Source: the human T2T-CHM13v2.0 reference genome, Homo sapiens
NCBI RefSeq assembly: GCF_009914755.1
Contig: NC_060943.1
DNA length: 64,000 nucleotides
Direction: 5' to 3' (one strand)
The notes below the pieces were generated by a model. The model was given only the letters and a program-made list of their open reading frames with translations. It did not search any database and was not told the origin of the DNA. The translations under genes and the position numbers were made by a program. This document shows positions 23,697 to 41,596 of the stretch, one piece after another (positions within the stretch are counted from its first letter, which is position 1; every line of letters starts with the position of its first letter).

Positions 23697-23781
23697 GTGA
23701 GTGCCGCGGTCTGCGGGCTGCACCCTGCCCTGGGGCTGAGGGCATCGGGCCTGCGGCTCACACACGTCTCGGCCTTCGCAG

Positions 23782-23846
23782 CCCGGACAGAGGGAGAGGA
23801 GCTTCCACCCAGAGCAGGACGCCGGGAAGGTCTTCAAAGGGCACAG
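23782..23846 (+). CDS. WDR18: WDR18 exon 6
   Basis: gcag|PGQRERSFHPEQDAGKVFKGH|gtgggg, 65 nt. Confidence 0.95.
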
Positions 23847-23920
23847 GTGGGGACGTGGGAACGGGGCGGGGGCTCCCAGGCACGTCCTGTCTGGCACCTG
23901 ACCCCTGTCTGTCTGTCCAG

Positions 23921-24045
23921 GAACCAGGTGACTTGCCTGTCAGTGTCCACTGACGGCAGCGTGCTGCTCTCAGGCTCCCACGACGAGACCGTGCGCCTCT
24001 GGGACGTGCAGAGCAAGCAGTGCATCCGGACGGTGGCCCTCAAAG
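23921..24045 (+). CDS. WDR18: WDR18 exon 7
   Basis: ccag|(R)NQVTCLSVSTDGSVLLSGSHDETVRLWD...ALK|gtgggc, 125 nt; canonical WD repeat. Confidence 0.96.
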
Positions 24046-24114
24046 GTGGGCGCGCCTCTGCTCGGCCCGCGGCCAGCGCGCAGGGGAAAAAGCCAGCAGG
24101 AGCTCCGGGCTTGG

Positions 24115-24610
24115 CTTGGGTGGGGGCGGGGACTGGTTTGCTGTGGGGCGGGGCCGGGCTGGGGGCGTGGACTGGCTGTGGGGCGGGGCCTGGCTGGGGG
24201 CGTGGACTGGCTGTGGGGCGTGGGCTGGCTTTGCTGTGGGGCGGGGCCTGGCTGGGACGGGGCGGGGCCTGGCTGGGAGCGTGAACTGGGTTTGCTGTGG
24301 GGTGGGGCCTGGCTGGGGGCGTGGACTGGCTGGGGGCGTGGACTGGCTGTGGGGCGGGGCCTGGCTGGGGGCGTGGACTGACTGTGGGGCGGGGCCTGGC
24401 TGGGACGGGGCGGGGCCTGGCTGGGGGCGTGAACTGGCTTTGCTGTGGGGTGGGGCCTGGCTGGGGGCGTGGACTGGTCGTGGGGCGGGGCCTGGCTGGG
24501 GGCGTGGACTGGCTGTGGGGCGGGGACTGGCTGGGGGCGGGGACTTCCCTGGATGGGGCGGAACCTGGCTTGCTGTGGGGTGGGGCCTGGCTGGGATGGG
24601 GCGGGGCCTG
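24115..24610. repeat. G-rich degenerate minisatellite filling WDR18 intron 7
   Basis: Repeated GCTGTGGGGCGGGGCCTGGCTGGGGGCGTGGACTG (~35 bp) and sub-units. Confidence 0.95.
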
Positions 24611-24627
24611 ACCTCCGCGCCCCCCAG

Positions 24628-24794
24628 GCCCAGTCACCAATGCCGCCATCCTGCTGGCGCCCGTCAGCATGCTGAGCTCAGACTTCAGGCCCAGCCTGCC
24701 GCTGCCCCACTTCAACAAGCACCTGCTGGGCGCCGAGCACGGGGACGAGCCGCGCCACGGGGGCCTCACTCTGCGCCTGGGCCTCCACCAGCAG
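24628..24794 (+). CDS. WDR18: WDR18 exon 8
   Basis: ccag|(G)PVTNAAILL...LGLHQQ|gtacgg, 167 nt. Confidence 0.96.
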
Positions 24795-26693
24795 GTACGG
24801 CCCCCAGCAGGGAACCCCCACTGCCCTTTTGTCCCGGAAGACCCCGCGGGCCCTGGGCTCCTTCGCTCCCTTGGTCCTGGCGCCCGTGCGGCGGTTCCCC
24901 ACAAGCCCGGCACTGGAGGGCGCGTCCTGTGAGTGGGATGGTGATGCTCGGTGGGGCCTCTGCCCACTCTCAGTATGGACCCAGAGGCTCTGAGAAGTTA
25001 ACCACCCCTCTTCCCCCGGCCAGCAGGGCCGAGCTGCACGCCCCACACACCAGCCTTCCTGCGGCTGGATATCTGACAGTCAGTTAGGTCTTTCTGCAAA
25101 AGGCCGATGCCCCATACTTCGGGCTGTGAGAGCCAAAAGGTTCACGTCTGGGCTGCCGAAGGTGCAGGAGCAGCCGTGAGGGCAGGGAGCGGGTGGGGCC
25201 CTGGTGGCTGCAGGTGGCTCCCACGTGGGCTGGGGGCAGCCTCTCGGCCTGGCCACAGTCACGCCCTCACTCCCTGCAGCTCAGCACCGACCCCCGCTCT
25301 GTGCAGGTACTAGGGTGGGCTCCCTTACCTTCTGAGGGTAGAGTGACTTCCGGAACACTTCCCACCCCAGCCCCAAGACCCTCATAGAAGCCAGTGTGGT
25401 TGGCTGGGCTGGGCTGGGGTGGGGGCTGGGGGTTCCTTGGGCCTGGGGAGGCTTCCCAGTGTGTTTCCGCCTCACTCCCCGACCTTCGATGAGCTGCCTG
25501 CGTCCTTGGTGTCTCACGTCACTGTCTGTGTCCCTCGCTGGGCTCTGGCGCTTGGCACTTCTCCCCACGCGCCCTTTTCTTACCTGAGTACAGATTGATT
25601 TTTTTATCTGGAGGGTGCCCGACAGCCTGATGGCCTGACAGGCCCTGCACCAGGAGATGCCGTTATCTCCCTTGTCCGTGCTTCCTCATGGAGTGACACT
25701 CTGTTTTCCCACATCTACCAGTGGGCTTGGGGCGGGCAGGCAGGGGACCGCCACCGTCTGGGCATCCGCAAGGCCCCTCAGACTGCAAGGAGGCCAGGAG
25801 CACAGGCTGGACTGACTGCTAACAGCGTGGGCGCAAGGAGGGGCGAGCTTTTTGTTCAGAAAGTGCCGGAACTTTCGGAGTGAAAACAGGCCTCCAGCGG
25901 CAGAGCCAGCTCCACGCTAGGGCGCCTGCCCGGCCACTGCCTCCTCCTAGGGCAGCAGCGGTTCCCACGATTCCTGCCCAGCCAAACGCTCTCCCTAGAA
26001 CCCCACCTAGTTGGCCACAGTGGGATTCCGGAGGGGGCCAGGCCATGCCCTCCGGTAATGCCGCCACCTTTCCCTAGCCGCCCCACCTGGCTCCCTTCCT
26101 CCCGTGACGGCTGCTAGTCCTCTGTGACCCTTGTTCCAATCCAGCTGACACTGGAATGTTGGCCTGTCCCACAGACAGGCGCTGCTGGGGCCCAAGGCGC
26201 TTCGTCCAGGAGGCGGGTTCCCGACCTCTGATCCCCCAGCAACGTCCCTCCATGTAACTGGTTCCTCTGTACAGGGCAGTGGCCTTGCTGGGCCGGCCAG
26301 GCTCTCCCCATGGCTGGAGGTGCTCACTGTCTGTGAGGCCCTCGCCAGGCCCTGTGTCCCAGAGCCTTCCCTGGGCTTGCGCGTCCTTCCAGGTCTGGCC
26401 CAGGCCCCCTGTCTGTGGTGTGGCCATCTGCACCCCCATCCCCAGCCACATCCTTGGGCGCAGTCGTGGAGGATCTGAGGCGCTGGGTAATGACTGCATG
26501 GCCAGGGTCAGGGTTGTCATCTGCAGGCTCGACGGAGGTGAACGCCCCCGTCTCAGTCTTCCCTTCTGTCTGTGGGCGTCACGGTGGCCCCTCCCTGGCT
26601 GAGTGGCTGCCCACGCTGGCGGGGGTGGGATGGGCAAAGCGTGTGGTGTGTGACAGGACGCGCCCCGAGGTCACGTGGCTCCCTGTGTTACAG

Positions 26694-26762
26694 GGCTCGG
26701 AGCCCAGCTACCTGGACCGCACGGAGCAGCTGCAGGCCGTCCTGTGCAGCACCATGGAGAAG
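26694..26762 (+). CDS. WDR18: WDR18 exon 9
   Basis: acag|GSEPSYLDRTEQLQAVLCSTMEK|gtgggc, 69 nt. Confidence 0.95.
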
Positions 26763-26886
26763 GTGGGCGGGGCCTCGGGAGGGGCGGGGCCTGAGGCTGG
26801 GGTCAGTCCTGGCCAGTGGGGGTGAGTGGCCCCCCTCCAGCACACCCCAGGCCACTTCTGCCCTCTGACCCCGACTTCTCCCGCAG

Positions 26887-27018
26887 AGCGTGCTCGGCGG
26901 CCAGGACCAGCTGCGCGTCCGTGTGACGGAGCTGGAGGACGAGGTGCGCAACCTGCGCAAGATCAATCGGGACCTGTTCGACTTCTCCACGCGCTTCATC
27001 ACGCGGCCGGCCAAGTGA
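26887..27018 (+). CDS. WDR18: WDR18 exon 10 (coiled-coil C-terminus)
   Basis: gcag|SVLGGQDQLRVRVTELEDEVRNLRKINRDLFDFSTRFITRPAK*, 132 nt. Confidence 0.96.
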   Translation, partial: SVLGGQDQLRVRVTELEDEVRNLRKINRDLFDFSTRFITRPAK

Positions 27019-28829
27019 GGCCCGGAGACCCCGGCCCGAGGCGCCCAGGCCTGAGCCCCATGCCTCCCAGCAACCAGGGCCCGCGGGTGTGGCCCCCACC
27101 AGCCCAGGCCTGGACTCTCCTCAGTTCTGTGTCGTGTTCGGGTTTTTCCTCTGTGACTGGGCCGTCTTGGTGTCTCGTGGCACGCGTCACAGTGGTGCTA
27201 GTCTGTTTTTAACAAAAGAGGATGAAAAGCCCCTCCTCTCCGGCCTCCTTGTGTCCGGGTGTGGCCTGGTGCTGCGTGCAACACAGCTCCCCTGCTGCTC
27301 GGCCCAGCTGGGACCCCAGCCCCACTCGGCACCCTCTGTCCGGAGGTGGGGGCCTTAACCAACCTAGGCCTCGCGGGGGCGGCTTTAAGAGGGAGCCCCG
27401 AGCACCTGCAGTTCTGACTCTGCTCTGTTGCCCGAGGGCCTTTGCATGGCCGCCCCCTCCCGAGAAGGCGCTGGACCGGGGTGGTGGGATTGAGGAAGGA
27501 ACCGGGAAGCCAGGCCCCTCCGGTCTGCTGTGCAGGGGGTCTGAGTGGAGACAGCCCTGTGGGGTCCCGGAAGGAGGTGGCTTGGTGTAGAGAGACGGGC
27601 CTGGGGACGTTTGGGGGTGGACCCAGCCGCCAGGGTTGAGGGGTTTCCCCGGGTGCAGGACCCAGCTCTCAGGGAGGGTTTCGGGGGTCCCTGGTCCCTG
27701 TGGAAACGCAGGGCTCAGGACCAGGCAGGAGGAGGGAGCTGGTGTGGGTGGGGCCTTGGAGCACAGGCTCCTCCCAGTGCATCCCTCGGGTGCCTTGGGG
27801 CCCCTGCTGGCTTCCCCAGGGCCCAGCTGGAGCCGCCCAAGGGTGAACCCAGGGTGGTTCTCCGGGCAAAAGGTGCCACGGCCTCCCCAGGCAGAGGTGG
27901 CTTGCCCCACCCAGCAAAGGTGGCCACTGCAGGCTGGGACCGTCAGATGGGTCAGGAGCAGGTCTGGGGGTGGTGTCCCGATCTGAGCCGGTCCCCAGAG
28001 GGAGTTGGACCCCTGCCACACCACAAGCCGTGCTTGTGGGTATCAAGGGCTTGAGGGAGGTCAGGCCCTGCTGCCCTGGGGACGCTGCCACCCAGCGCCT
28101 GGATCCCAGCCCAGAAGCCCAGAACCTTCCAGAAAGCTGCTCCCGACTGACAGTCCTACCTAACGATCCAGAAAATCCGTGTGATTTAGCGGGCGTGGTA
28201 ATGACCGCAGTCCAGCCAGCCGCCAGCGCTGAGTTCATGCTTTTAGGCTAATTTGTGTTCTTGTCCCCTCTATGGGGCTCTGAGTCCTCTCGGCTGGCAG
28301 CCTGGCCACACTGCATCAGGGCAGCTGGGCCCTCACCTGGCACTGACATCTGCCTCGGCTGCTCCGAGCCCTGAGAACCACTCCAGGGTCCCTTCCCCCT
28401 GGGCGCACGGCCAGCTTGTTCCTTTTCCATCATGAACCACTCACTCTGCTGACCTGCAAGGCTGGGTCCTGCCTGCGGGGAGCACGCGGATTTGGGGTGA
28501 GGCAGCTGGGGGGTCCCTTGGGGTTGGCTGATCTCCCTGGGTCTGTACCTACTGTTCCCCTGGAGCCATTCCCACGACCCCTGCCCCCCTCCGCATCACC
28601 ACCCAAAGGCTCCCAAATTTCCCTCCCAGCACCAATCAGGACCCCCAACCACCAACTCAAGGGTATCGGCACAACCCTGTGGCTGGTGCCAGGGCGGGGT
28701 GAGGGTGCGCAGAGCCGTAGAGGGACAGCTGCCTGGGGCTCCCAGGGCCCGGACTCGGCTCCAGCCGCTGCAAGAGCCCAAGGTGAGCCAGGCACGAACA
28801 TCCAGGTCACTTCGCAGCTGCCTGCACCA

Positions 28830-31105
<2,276 letters not shown>

Positions 31106-31556
31106 AGTCTCCTCCACGTGGCCACTTGTTCCACATGGCAGCTGGGAGTAGGAACGCCTACTGTTGCCCGTGTACAGATGGGGAAACTGAGGCAGGGCAC
31201 GAGGGTGAGTTCCCGGAGGGCAGACACAGTCTCTGCCCCTAGGAACTCTTGCTCCTCAGAGGGAGCCGAACCCAGGGAGGGACGGGGCTCCAGTGGTCCC
31301 TGAGGACACCAGGACCCAGCACCTCTCGCAGACCCAGGGAGGGGACCCCTTGTCCTGTCCCCGGGGACACCTGGCCAGGGGGCTGGAGGGGGTGGCCTGC
31401 GGGTTCCTGGAACCGAGCCATCCCTCCCTCCGTCCCTCCCCAGTCGTCTCAAAATCCAATCCATTTTACCGGCTGGCACTTGGCATTTTATTCATTTCAT
31501 GGAGGATTTTTTTCCTACCTCTCCAACGCTGGCTCCAAAAGGAGATGACGTTTGGG

Positions 31557-31559
<3 letters not shown>

Positions 31560-31595
<36 letters not shown>
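31560..31595. repeat. (TG)18 microsatellite ~1.5 kb upstream of GRIN3B
   Basis: Perfect TG run. Confidence 0.95.
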
Positions 31596-31598
<3 letters not shown>

Positions 31599-32334
31599 AT
31601 CGCCGGAGTGTAGATCCATTAATTAGAGCTGAATGTTCCCAACACAGCGGCTGTTCTGCTGCCCCGCGCGATCTGGGGAGACACCGTCGGGAGGACAGGA
31701 TGAGGAATGCCTGGGCAGGGAGGAGGTCCTCTGCTAGATGGATAGACGGGTGCAGCCGCCCCCATCTATCAGGCACCTGTGGGATGCCAGGGCCCCAGAA
31801 GGCACCCCCCGAGGCCCAGAGGACATAGGCAGGCTTGGGGACTGGTAGACAGCGGGGAGCTATGGAAGGCTCTAGAGCACTGGAGGAGGGGCATGTGAGC
31901 AAGCATCCTTGTCTGGGCCGTTGCTCAAGCCACAAGCAATTATAGAGTGCCTACTGTGTGCCAGCAACCAAACCAGACCCACCCCAACCCTCCCAGAGCT
32001 GAGTTGAAGAGATGGTCACTAAATAAGAAGGAAATGAACAAAAAGATGGTAGGCCGTTATGGAAATGTGTGGAGGTTGGGGGTGGGTAGCAGCAGGACTG
32101 AAATGGGGCAGGGAGTGGTGCTTCCTGCATTTTCTCAGTGGCAAGCAGGGAACGTTTTTCAGGGCAGGGCATTTGGGACTGGGTTTTGAAGGGTGAAGAG
32201 GAGTTCTGTGGCCCAAGTTGCCTGCCCACTGCTGGAGGGCAGATCTACTCTGTAGGTTTCCATCAGACATGCCTGTCTCAGTTTCCCCAGGGTGCACTGG
32301 ATGTTAGAACACACCCCTGGGCTGGCCTGGTTAG

Positions 32335-32776
<442 letters not shown>

Positions 32777-32859
32777 CAAGTCGGGGCCAATTTTAAAGCG
32801 CAGTCTTTTCCTGGCACCTCCATTCCATCTGTGGTCTGAATCAGAGCAGGGATGGGCAG

Positions 32860-33800
32860 TGGTTAGGCGTCCCCGGCCCCCGCCAGGTGTCACCGCCGCC
32901 GGCCTCAAACAACCACTGGGAGGCACTGTTTCCCCCCCATCCCGCCCTGGGCAGGGCACGTCCCACTCCCCCCGCGCGGTTGCTGGGAACCCGGAGGCCG
33001 CCCGGGCGGAGCGCGGAGGGCGCGTCGGAACCTGGCCGGGGCCCTCCACCCGCGCCGTGGTCCCGGTGGTTGCGCCCCGTGGCGAGCGGCGCCGACAACT
33101 TTGCGATGGAGTTTGTGCGGGCGCTGTGGCTGGGCCTGGCGCTGGCGCTGGGGCCGGGGTCCGCGGGGGGCCACCCTCAGCCGTGCGGCGTCCTGGCGCG
33201 CCTCGGGGGCTCCGTGCGCCTGGGCGCCCTCCTGCCACGCGCGCCTCTCGCCCGCGCCCGCGCCCGCGCCGCCCTGGCCCGGGCCGCCCTGGCGCCGCGG
33301 CTGCCGCACAACCTGAGCTTGGAGCTGGTGGTCGCCGCGCCCCCCGCCCGCGACCCCGCCTCGCTGACCCGCGGCCTGTGCCAGGCGCTGGTGCCTCCGG
33401 GCGTGGCGGCCCTGCTCGCCTTTCCCGAGGCTCGGCCCGAGCTGCTGCAGCTGTACTTCCTGGCGGCCGCCACCGAGACCCCCGTGCTCAGCCTGCTGCG
33501 GCGGGAGGCGCGCGCGCCCCTCGGAGCCCCGGTACGCGGGACGCCCGGAGTCAGGACGAGGGGGACCCGGGGCGGGAGCGGGGTCGGGAGCCCTGGGGAC
33601 GTCCGGAGTCAGGATGGGGGTGCCGGGACTACGCAGGGAAGGGGGATCCCGGGACGCTGGACGGGCCCCAGGGATCAGGGATGGGGAAGACCCGGGTGTC
33701 CCCGGAGCAAGGAAACCAGAACCCAGAGGAAGAGACCCAGGGGCAGGGACCTAGACGCGGGGTTGAGAACTCCAGGGACGCCCCTGGAACGCCCCTGCAG
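32860..33800 (+). promoter_or_regulatory. GRIN3B CpG island / promoter
   Basis: Very high CpG density over exon 1; GC box GGGCGG at 33004; CTCF-like CCGCCAGGTGTCAC at 32880. Confidence 0.75.
33106..33531 (+). CDS. GRIN3B: GRIN3B exon 1
   Basis: [22 protein letters not shown]...APLGAP|gtacgc, 426 nt. Confidence 0.96.
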
Positions 33801-34714
33801 ACCCCTTCCCAGCGCCCTGGTGATGGGGACCCCGCCACTGTGGCCTCTGCCCCTTCCTTGCCCAGGCCCCTTCCCTCCTTCCCCACAGACCCTTCCCTGG
33901 TCCCTGGGACCTCCTGGTCCCCACCCGGCTCTGGGTGGCTGGGCTGGAGGACAGGCGGTCTCCCTCCTCACTCTAGGGGTGCAGTTTCGGGGTCTGCAGG
34001 TCTGGATCTCCCTCCTTCCAGCATTCTCCCCGTCCCCTCCCAGAGGCCTCCAAGATCCCAGAGCAGCCTCCATCATTCCAACCCCGACTCCATTCCCACC
34101 CCCCAACCCCTGGCAGCCTTCAAGTTCCTCTCTTCTAACCCCACCCCAGGCCCAGATCCCGGGAGGAAACGGAAGAAGAGAAGGGCGATTGACTGGGTTC
34201 TGGGGTCCCTGTTGTCCCCCCCAACAGGGCTCACTGCGCCCCAGATAACAAGCCCCCTCCCGTGGCCAGCAAGGAGGTCCCAACTCCGGACATGGGCCTG
34301 GCTGAGCTCTATGCCCCAGCTGCCCCTCCTTCCCAACCCACTCAGAGGCCCCTCCAGCCCCTCCCTCTCCTCAGGGAGGGAGACCCTGACGCTAGAGGGG
34401 GGGTCTCTTAGCCCAGCTCTCCAGGTGTCAAGGGGACCCCTGTCCCCCCACCGCCCTAGGGCTGGTGGGAGAGGCGGGGCCCAAACCCAGGCCTGGGGCG
34501 CCCTCTGCTGCCGTCTCCAGGAGCTGCACCGCCGCAAGCCGGGGCGTGGGACCGACCTAGCGTCTTAGGGACTGGCTTGGCCCCCTGGGGACTGAGCCCC
34601 ATCCCAAGCCCATCCTCCAGCACTGGGCACCCTGCTTCCACCCTGGGAAGCGCCCTGCCAACCCGAGGGGCCTGGCAAAGCTCTCCCACCTTTAATATAC
34701 TAAGTTAAATCCAG

Positions 34715-35152
34715 GGCCGGGTGCGGTGGCTCACGCCTGGAATCCCAGCACTGTGGGAGCCCAAGGTGGGAGGACAGCTTGAGCTCAGGAGTTTGAGACC
34801 AGCCTGGGCAATATGGCGAGACCCCATCTCTACAAAAAATACAAAAATTAACTGGGCGTGGTGGTGGGTGCTTGTAATCCCAGCTACTCAGGATATATAT
34901 ATATTGGCTGGGCACTGTGGCTCACGCCTGTAATCCCTGCAGTTTGGGAGGCCGAGGCGGGCGGATCACGAGGTCAGGAGATCGAGACCATCCTGGCTAA
35001 CATGGTGAAACCCCGTCTTTACTAAAAATACAAAAAAAAAAAAAAAAAAAAAAAGCTGGGAGTGGTGGAGCTTGCAGTGAGCTGAGATCACGCCATTGCA
35101 CTCCAGCCTGGGAGACAGAGCAAGACTCCATCTCAAAAAAAAAAAAAAAAAA
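34715..35152 (+). mobile_element. Two partial Alus in GRIN3B intron 1
   Basis: Alu consensus with internal deletions. Confidence 0.85.
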
Positions 35153-35798
35153 ATCCAGGAGAACTTTCTGGATGGCACTGGGCACAAGGGGGCCCCTCAG
35201 CCCTCCATGTGCCTGGCACGGGGCAGTAATGTGTGAAGGGGATGCTAGGGGAAGCTACCTGGTTTGGCTCTAAGCACAAGGCCATCGGTGGGCTCACCTT
35301 TATGAGCCACAGCTCTTGGCCCTAGAGGGGTTCCCAGGCAGGTGGGTGCCAGGTGAGGTCAGGACTGTAAAGGAATCAGGGAGGGACCTGAGGCTGGAGG
35401 CGTTCCAAGCTGGAGCCTGGGCTCTGCCTGGAGGATGGAGAAGTCTGAATAGAGGAGGAGCAATGTGCTTGGGTTTTGAAGGATGTGTAGGAGTTGGTGG
35501 GCATAGAGAGAGAAAGATATTCCATCCGGGGAATGGCACATGCAAAAAAAAAACAAAAAACACCAAGTGTGCCCATGACAAGGGTAGCTGGAGCCAAGAG
35601 AGGCTGGGAGACTGAGCTTTGTGGGGATGGTGATGGGGAACGATGGAAGGGTTTAGAGCAGGGCTGGGGCTGGGGGGAGGTGGAGGGGAGGTGCAGCCAT
35701 CCAGCTGGCATCTACTTGCGGATCACCCGCTGCTGGGGTGGGAAGGGTTTTGTGGGGGTGGAGGTCGTCAACCCTAACCGTGGCCACCCCTCTCCCAG

Positions 35799-36391
35799 AA
35801 CCCATTCCACCTGCAGCTGCACTGGGCCAGCCCCCTGGAGACGCTGCTGGATGTGCTGGTGGCGGTGCTGCAGGCGCACGCCTGGGAAGACGTCGGCCTG
35901 GCCCTGTGCCGCACTCAGGACCCCGGCGGCCTGGTGGCCCTCTGGACAAGCCGGGCTGGCCGGCCCCCACAGCTGGTCCTGGACCTAAGCCGGCGGGACA
36001 CGGGAGATGCAGGACTGCGGGCACGCCTGGCCCCGATGGCGGCGCCAGTGGGGGGTGAAGCACCGGTACCCGCGGCGGTCCTCCTCGGCTGTGACATCGC
36101 CCGTGCCCGTCGGGTGCTGGAGGCCGTACCTCCCGGCCCCCACTGGCTGTTGGGGACACCACTGCCGCCCAAGGCCCTGCCCACCGCGGGGCTGCCACCA
36201 GGGCTGCTGGCGCTGGGCGAGGTGGCACGACCCCCGCTGGAGGCCGCCATCCATGACATTGTGCAACTGGTGGCCCGGGCGCTGGGCAGTGCGGCCCAGG
36301 TGCAGCCGAAGCGAGCCCTCCTCCCCGCCCCGGTCAACTGCGGGGACCTGCAGCCGGCCGGGCCCGAGTCCCCGGGGCGCTTCTTGGCACG
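35799..36391 (+). CDS. GRIN3B: GRIN3B exon 2
   Basis: ccag|NPFHLQLHWASPLETLL...GRFLA|gtgagt, 593 nt. Confidence 0.96.
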
Positions 36392-36451
36392 GTGAGTGGG
36401 GACCCTGCTTCCCTTAGGAGGGTGTCCAGGCCACTGAGTCTGCACTGCTCA

Positions 36452-36755
<304 letters not shown>

Positions 36756-37166
36756 ACACACAAAGTCAGGATGCTTTGTTAGATGTCTTAGGTCCCCGGA
36801 AGCAGTGCCCACCTGGGGAACTATCTCAGGGACAGCAGAGAACGAGCTGAACAACTAGGAGGGAGGGAACGGGTCTCTGGCTGAGCCCTGGAGGAGTTCC
36901 TGAGAATGAACAACTCCTGGAAACAGGTGACCCCAGCTGGGTGCTTGTGTGTCAGTCACTGGCTTCAGGCGTATGTGGAGTGGGGGCACAGCCACGGCAT
37001 CGGGCACGGATGCCCCGGGATCAAGGGGTTAGGCTTGGGGACTAGGCTTGGGGACACCAGGAGCGTCCACGTTTGTCCTCATGATACGGACAAGAGCGAC
37101 CAGTGGGAATCGGGCACGTGCTGGGCAGGGGTGAGAGGATGGAGGGGTGTGAACTTCGACACCTGA

Positions 37167-38261
<1,095 letters not shown>

Positions 38262-38386
38262 TAGCGGTGGCCCCGGGCTGGGCTGTGTGGGGCAGGGGTG
38301 GTCAGCTGGACGTGGAGGACGTCCACTAGGCCAACTCTGGTCCCAAGAGACATTTATTCAATTAATTTATTTATTTAAAGAAAAAT

Positions 38387-39272
<886 letters not shown>

Positions 39273-40050
39273 CTCCCCTTGTAATTTCTTGGCAAAGTCG
39301 GGTTTTCTGCCCCGTAGTGTCTCTGAACTTTTGGATCTGCCCAGTGGTGTCCCCTGGGGGTGCCTGGCCTGCTCCCCAGCCCCTGGTGTCCCCTGTGAAA
39401 CGGTAGTAAAGCGTAGACGCCATGCTGTCAGGTGAGCCGACTGCTGCCGGCGGCTCTTCCAATGTAAACGCTGCACAGCTGAGCCGTCAAAGCCTTTTCA
39501 TCATACGGAAACTTCCATCAGATGCTGCTGACCCACAGGCACGATGGGATTCAAGTTTGGGTTTTTGGTGGTGCTGGAATCCCGTGGGGAGGCCGTGGCT
39601 GGTGTGACCTCAGCAGCCAGACCCACCTACTCATTAGGGGTCTGCACCAGGTTGCCCTGGCAGCTGTGGGGAGAACAGACCACGGGTGGTGCAGGGAGGA
39701 CCCCGCAGAGGGGCCTGGGCTGGTCGAGGATGTTGATGGGGAAGGAGGCTGGGTTCGACGCTGGGCCCCAACCTGGGTAGGAGCTGTGGAGGGGTGAGCA
39801 GTGGGCAGTTCCCTGTGTTGCAGGTGGCGCCCCCCAGGGTTTTCGGGAGAAACAGGGTGTCAGAGGCAGTGACGACAGAGCTGCCTCCGCCTGGGGTGGG
39901 AAGAGCGAGTGGGGGCAGATCAGGAGTGGGGTCATGGACATGTTAGAGTGGGGCTCCCGTGGGACCCCCAGGGGAGAGGCAGAGGAGGTGGTGGGATAGG
40001 CGTCCAGCCCAGGGCGAGGTCCGGGTGGAGATGGACTTGCCGGCGTTTAG

Positions 40051-41029
<979 letters not shown>

Positions 41030-41286
41030 TGACCAACCCCAGTGCTCATTCCCCAGACGTGCGTTTGTCTGCTTCTGCGCACTTCTATTCACCCTACAAA
41101 ACCCCGGCTGCAGTGCCCCTTCCTCCATGAAACCTCACTCCCCCCAGCCATGGAGTCCCTGCCTCCCAACCTGGCTCCACTGCCCCAAGCCCCTCTCTCT
41201 GGCCCAACCTGTTCTCCCCTAGTTCAAGGCTCCCCAGGGGCCTGCCATTACGTGACCGTGCGGGGCTCCTGCTGTGTTGCCCCCAG

Positions 41287-41451
41287 ACCCTGCAGATGAG
41301 CATCTACCACTTCGCGGGCCTCTTCGTGTTGCTGTGCCTGGGCCTGGGCAGCGCTCTGCTCAGCTCGCTGGGCGAGCACGCCTTCTTCCGCCTGGCGCTG
41401 CCGCGCATCCGCAAGGGGAGCAGGCTGCAGTACTGGCTGCACACCAGCCAG
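41287..41451 (+). CDS. GRIN3B: GRIN3B exon 7 (M4)
   Basis: ccag|[21 protein letters not shown]...LHTSQ|gtgggg, 165 nt. Confidence 0.96.
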
Positions 41452-41525
41452 GTGGGGAGCGGGTGGGCGGCGGGCGGCCCCACCCCCCCCGCCTCCTCGC
41501 CAACCGGGTCTGTCTGGGGTCTTAG

Positions 41526-41596
41526 AAAATCCACCGCGCCCTCAACACGGAGCCACCAGAGGGGTCGAAGGAGGAGACGGCAGAGGCGGAGCCCAG
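41526..41596 (+). CDS. GRIN3B: GRIN3B exon 8
   Basis: ttag|[23 protein letters not shown]|gtaagt, 71 nt. Confidence 0.94.

Noticed and set aside
23834-25087. 377- and 355-aa repetitive ORFs
   Set aside because: Translations of the WDR18 intron 7 VNTR plus off-frame exon sequence
31741-31770. Short imperfect inverted repeat GATAGACGGGTGC / GCCCCCATCTATC
   Set aside because: 11 of 13 match, plausible by chance in 64 kb, with no supporting context
32887-33105. 73-codon in-frame upstream extension of GRIN3B
   Set aside because: Non-ATG start, probably upstream of the TSS, and it would bury the signal peptide
32859-34568. 569-aa ORF overlapping GRIN3B exon 1 in another frame
   Set aside because: GTG start, Arg/Pro/Gly/Ala low-complexity product running through intron 1; expected from stop-codon scarcity in a CpG island
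32800-34700. REST/NRSE site expected near a neuronal receptor gene
   Set aside because: No convincing TTCAGCACC-GGACAG match found by eye; a PWM scan would be needed
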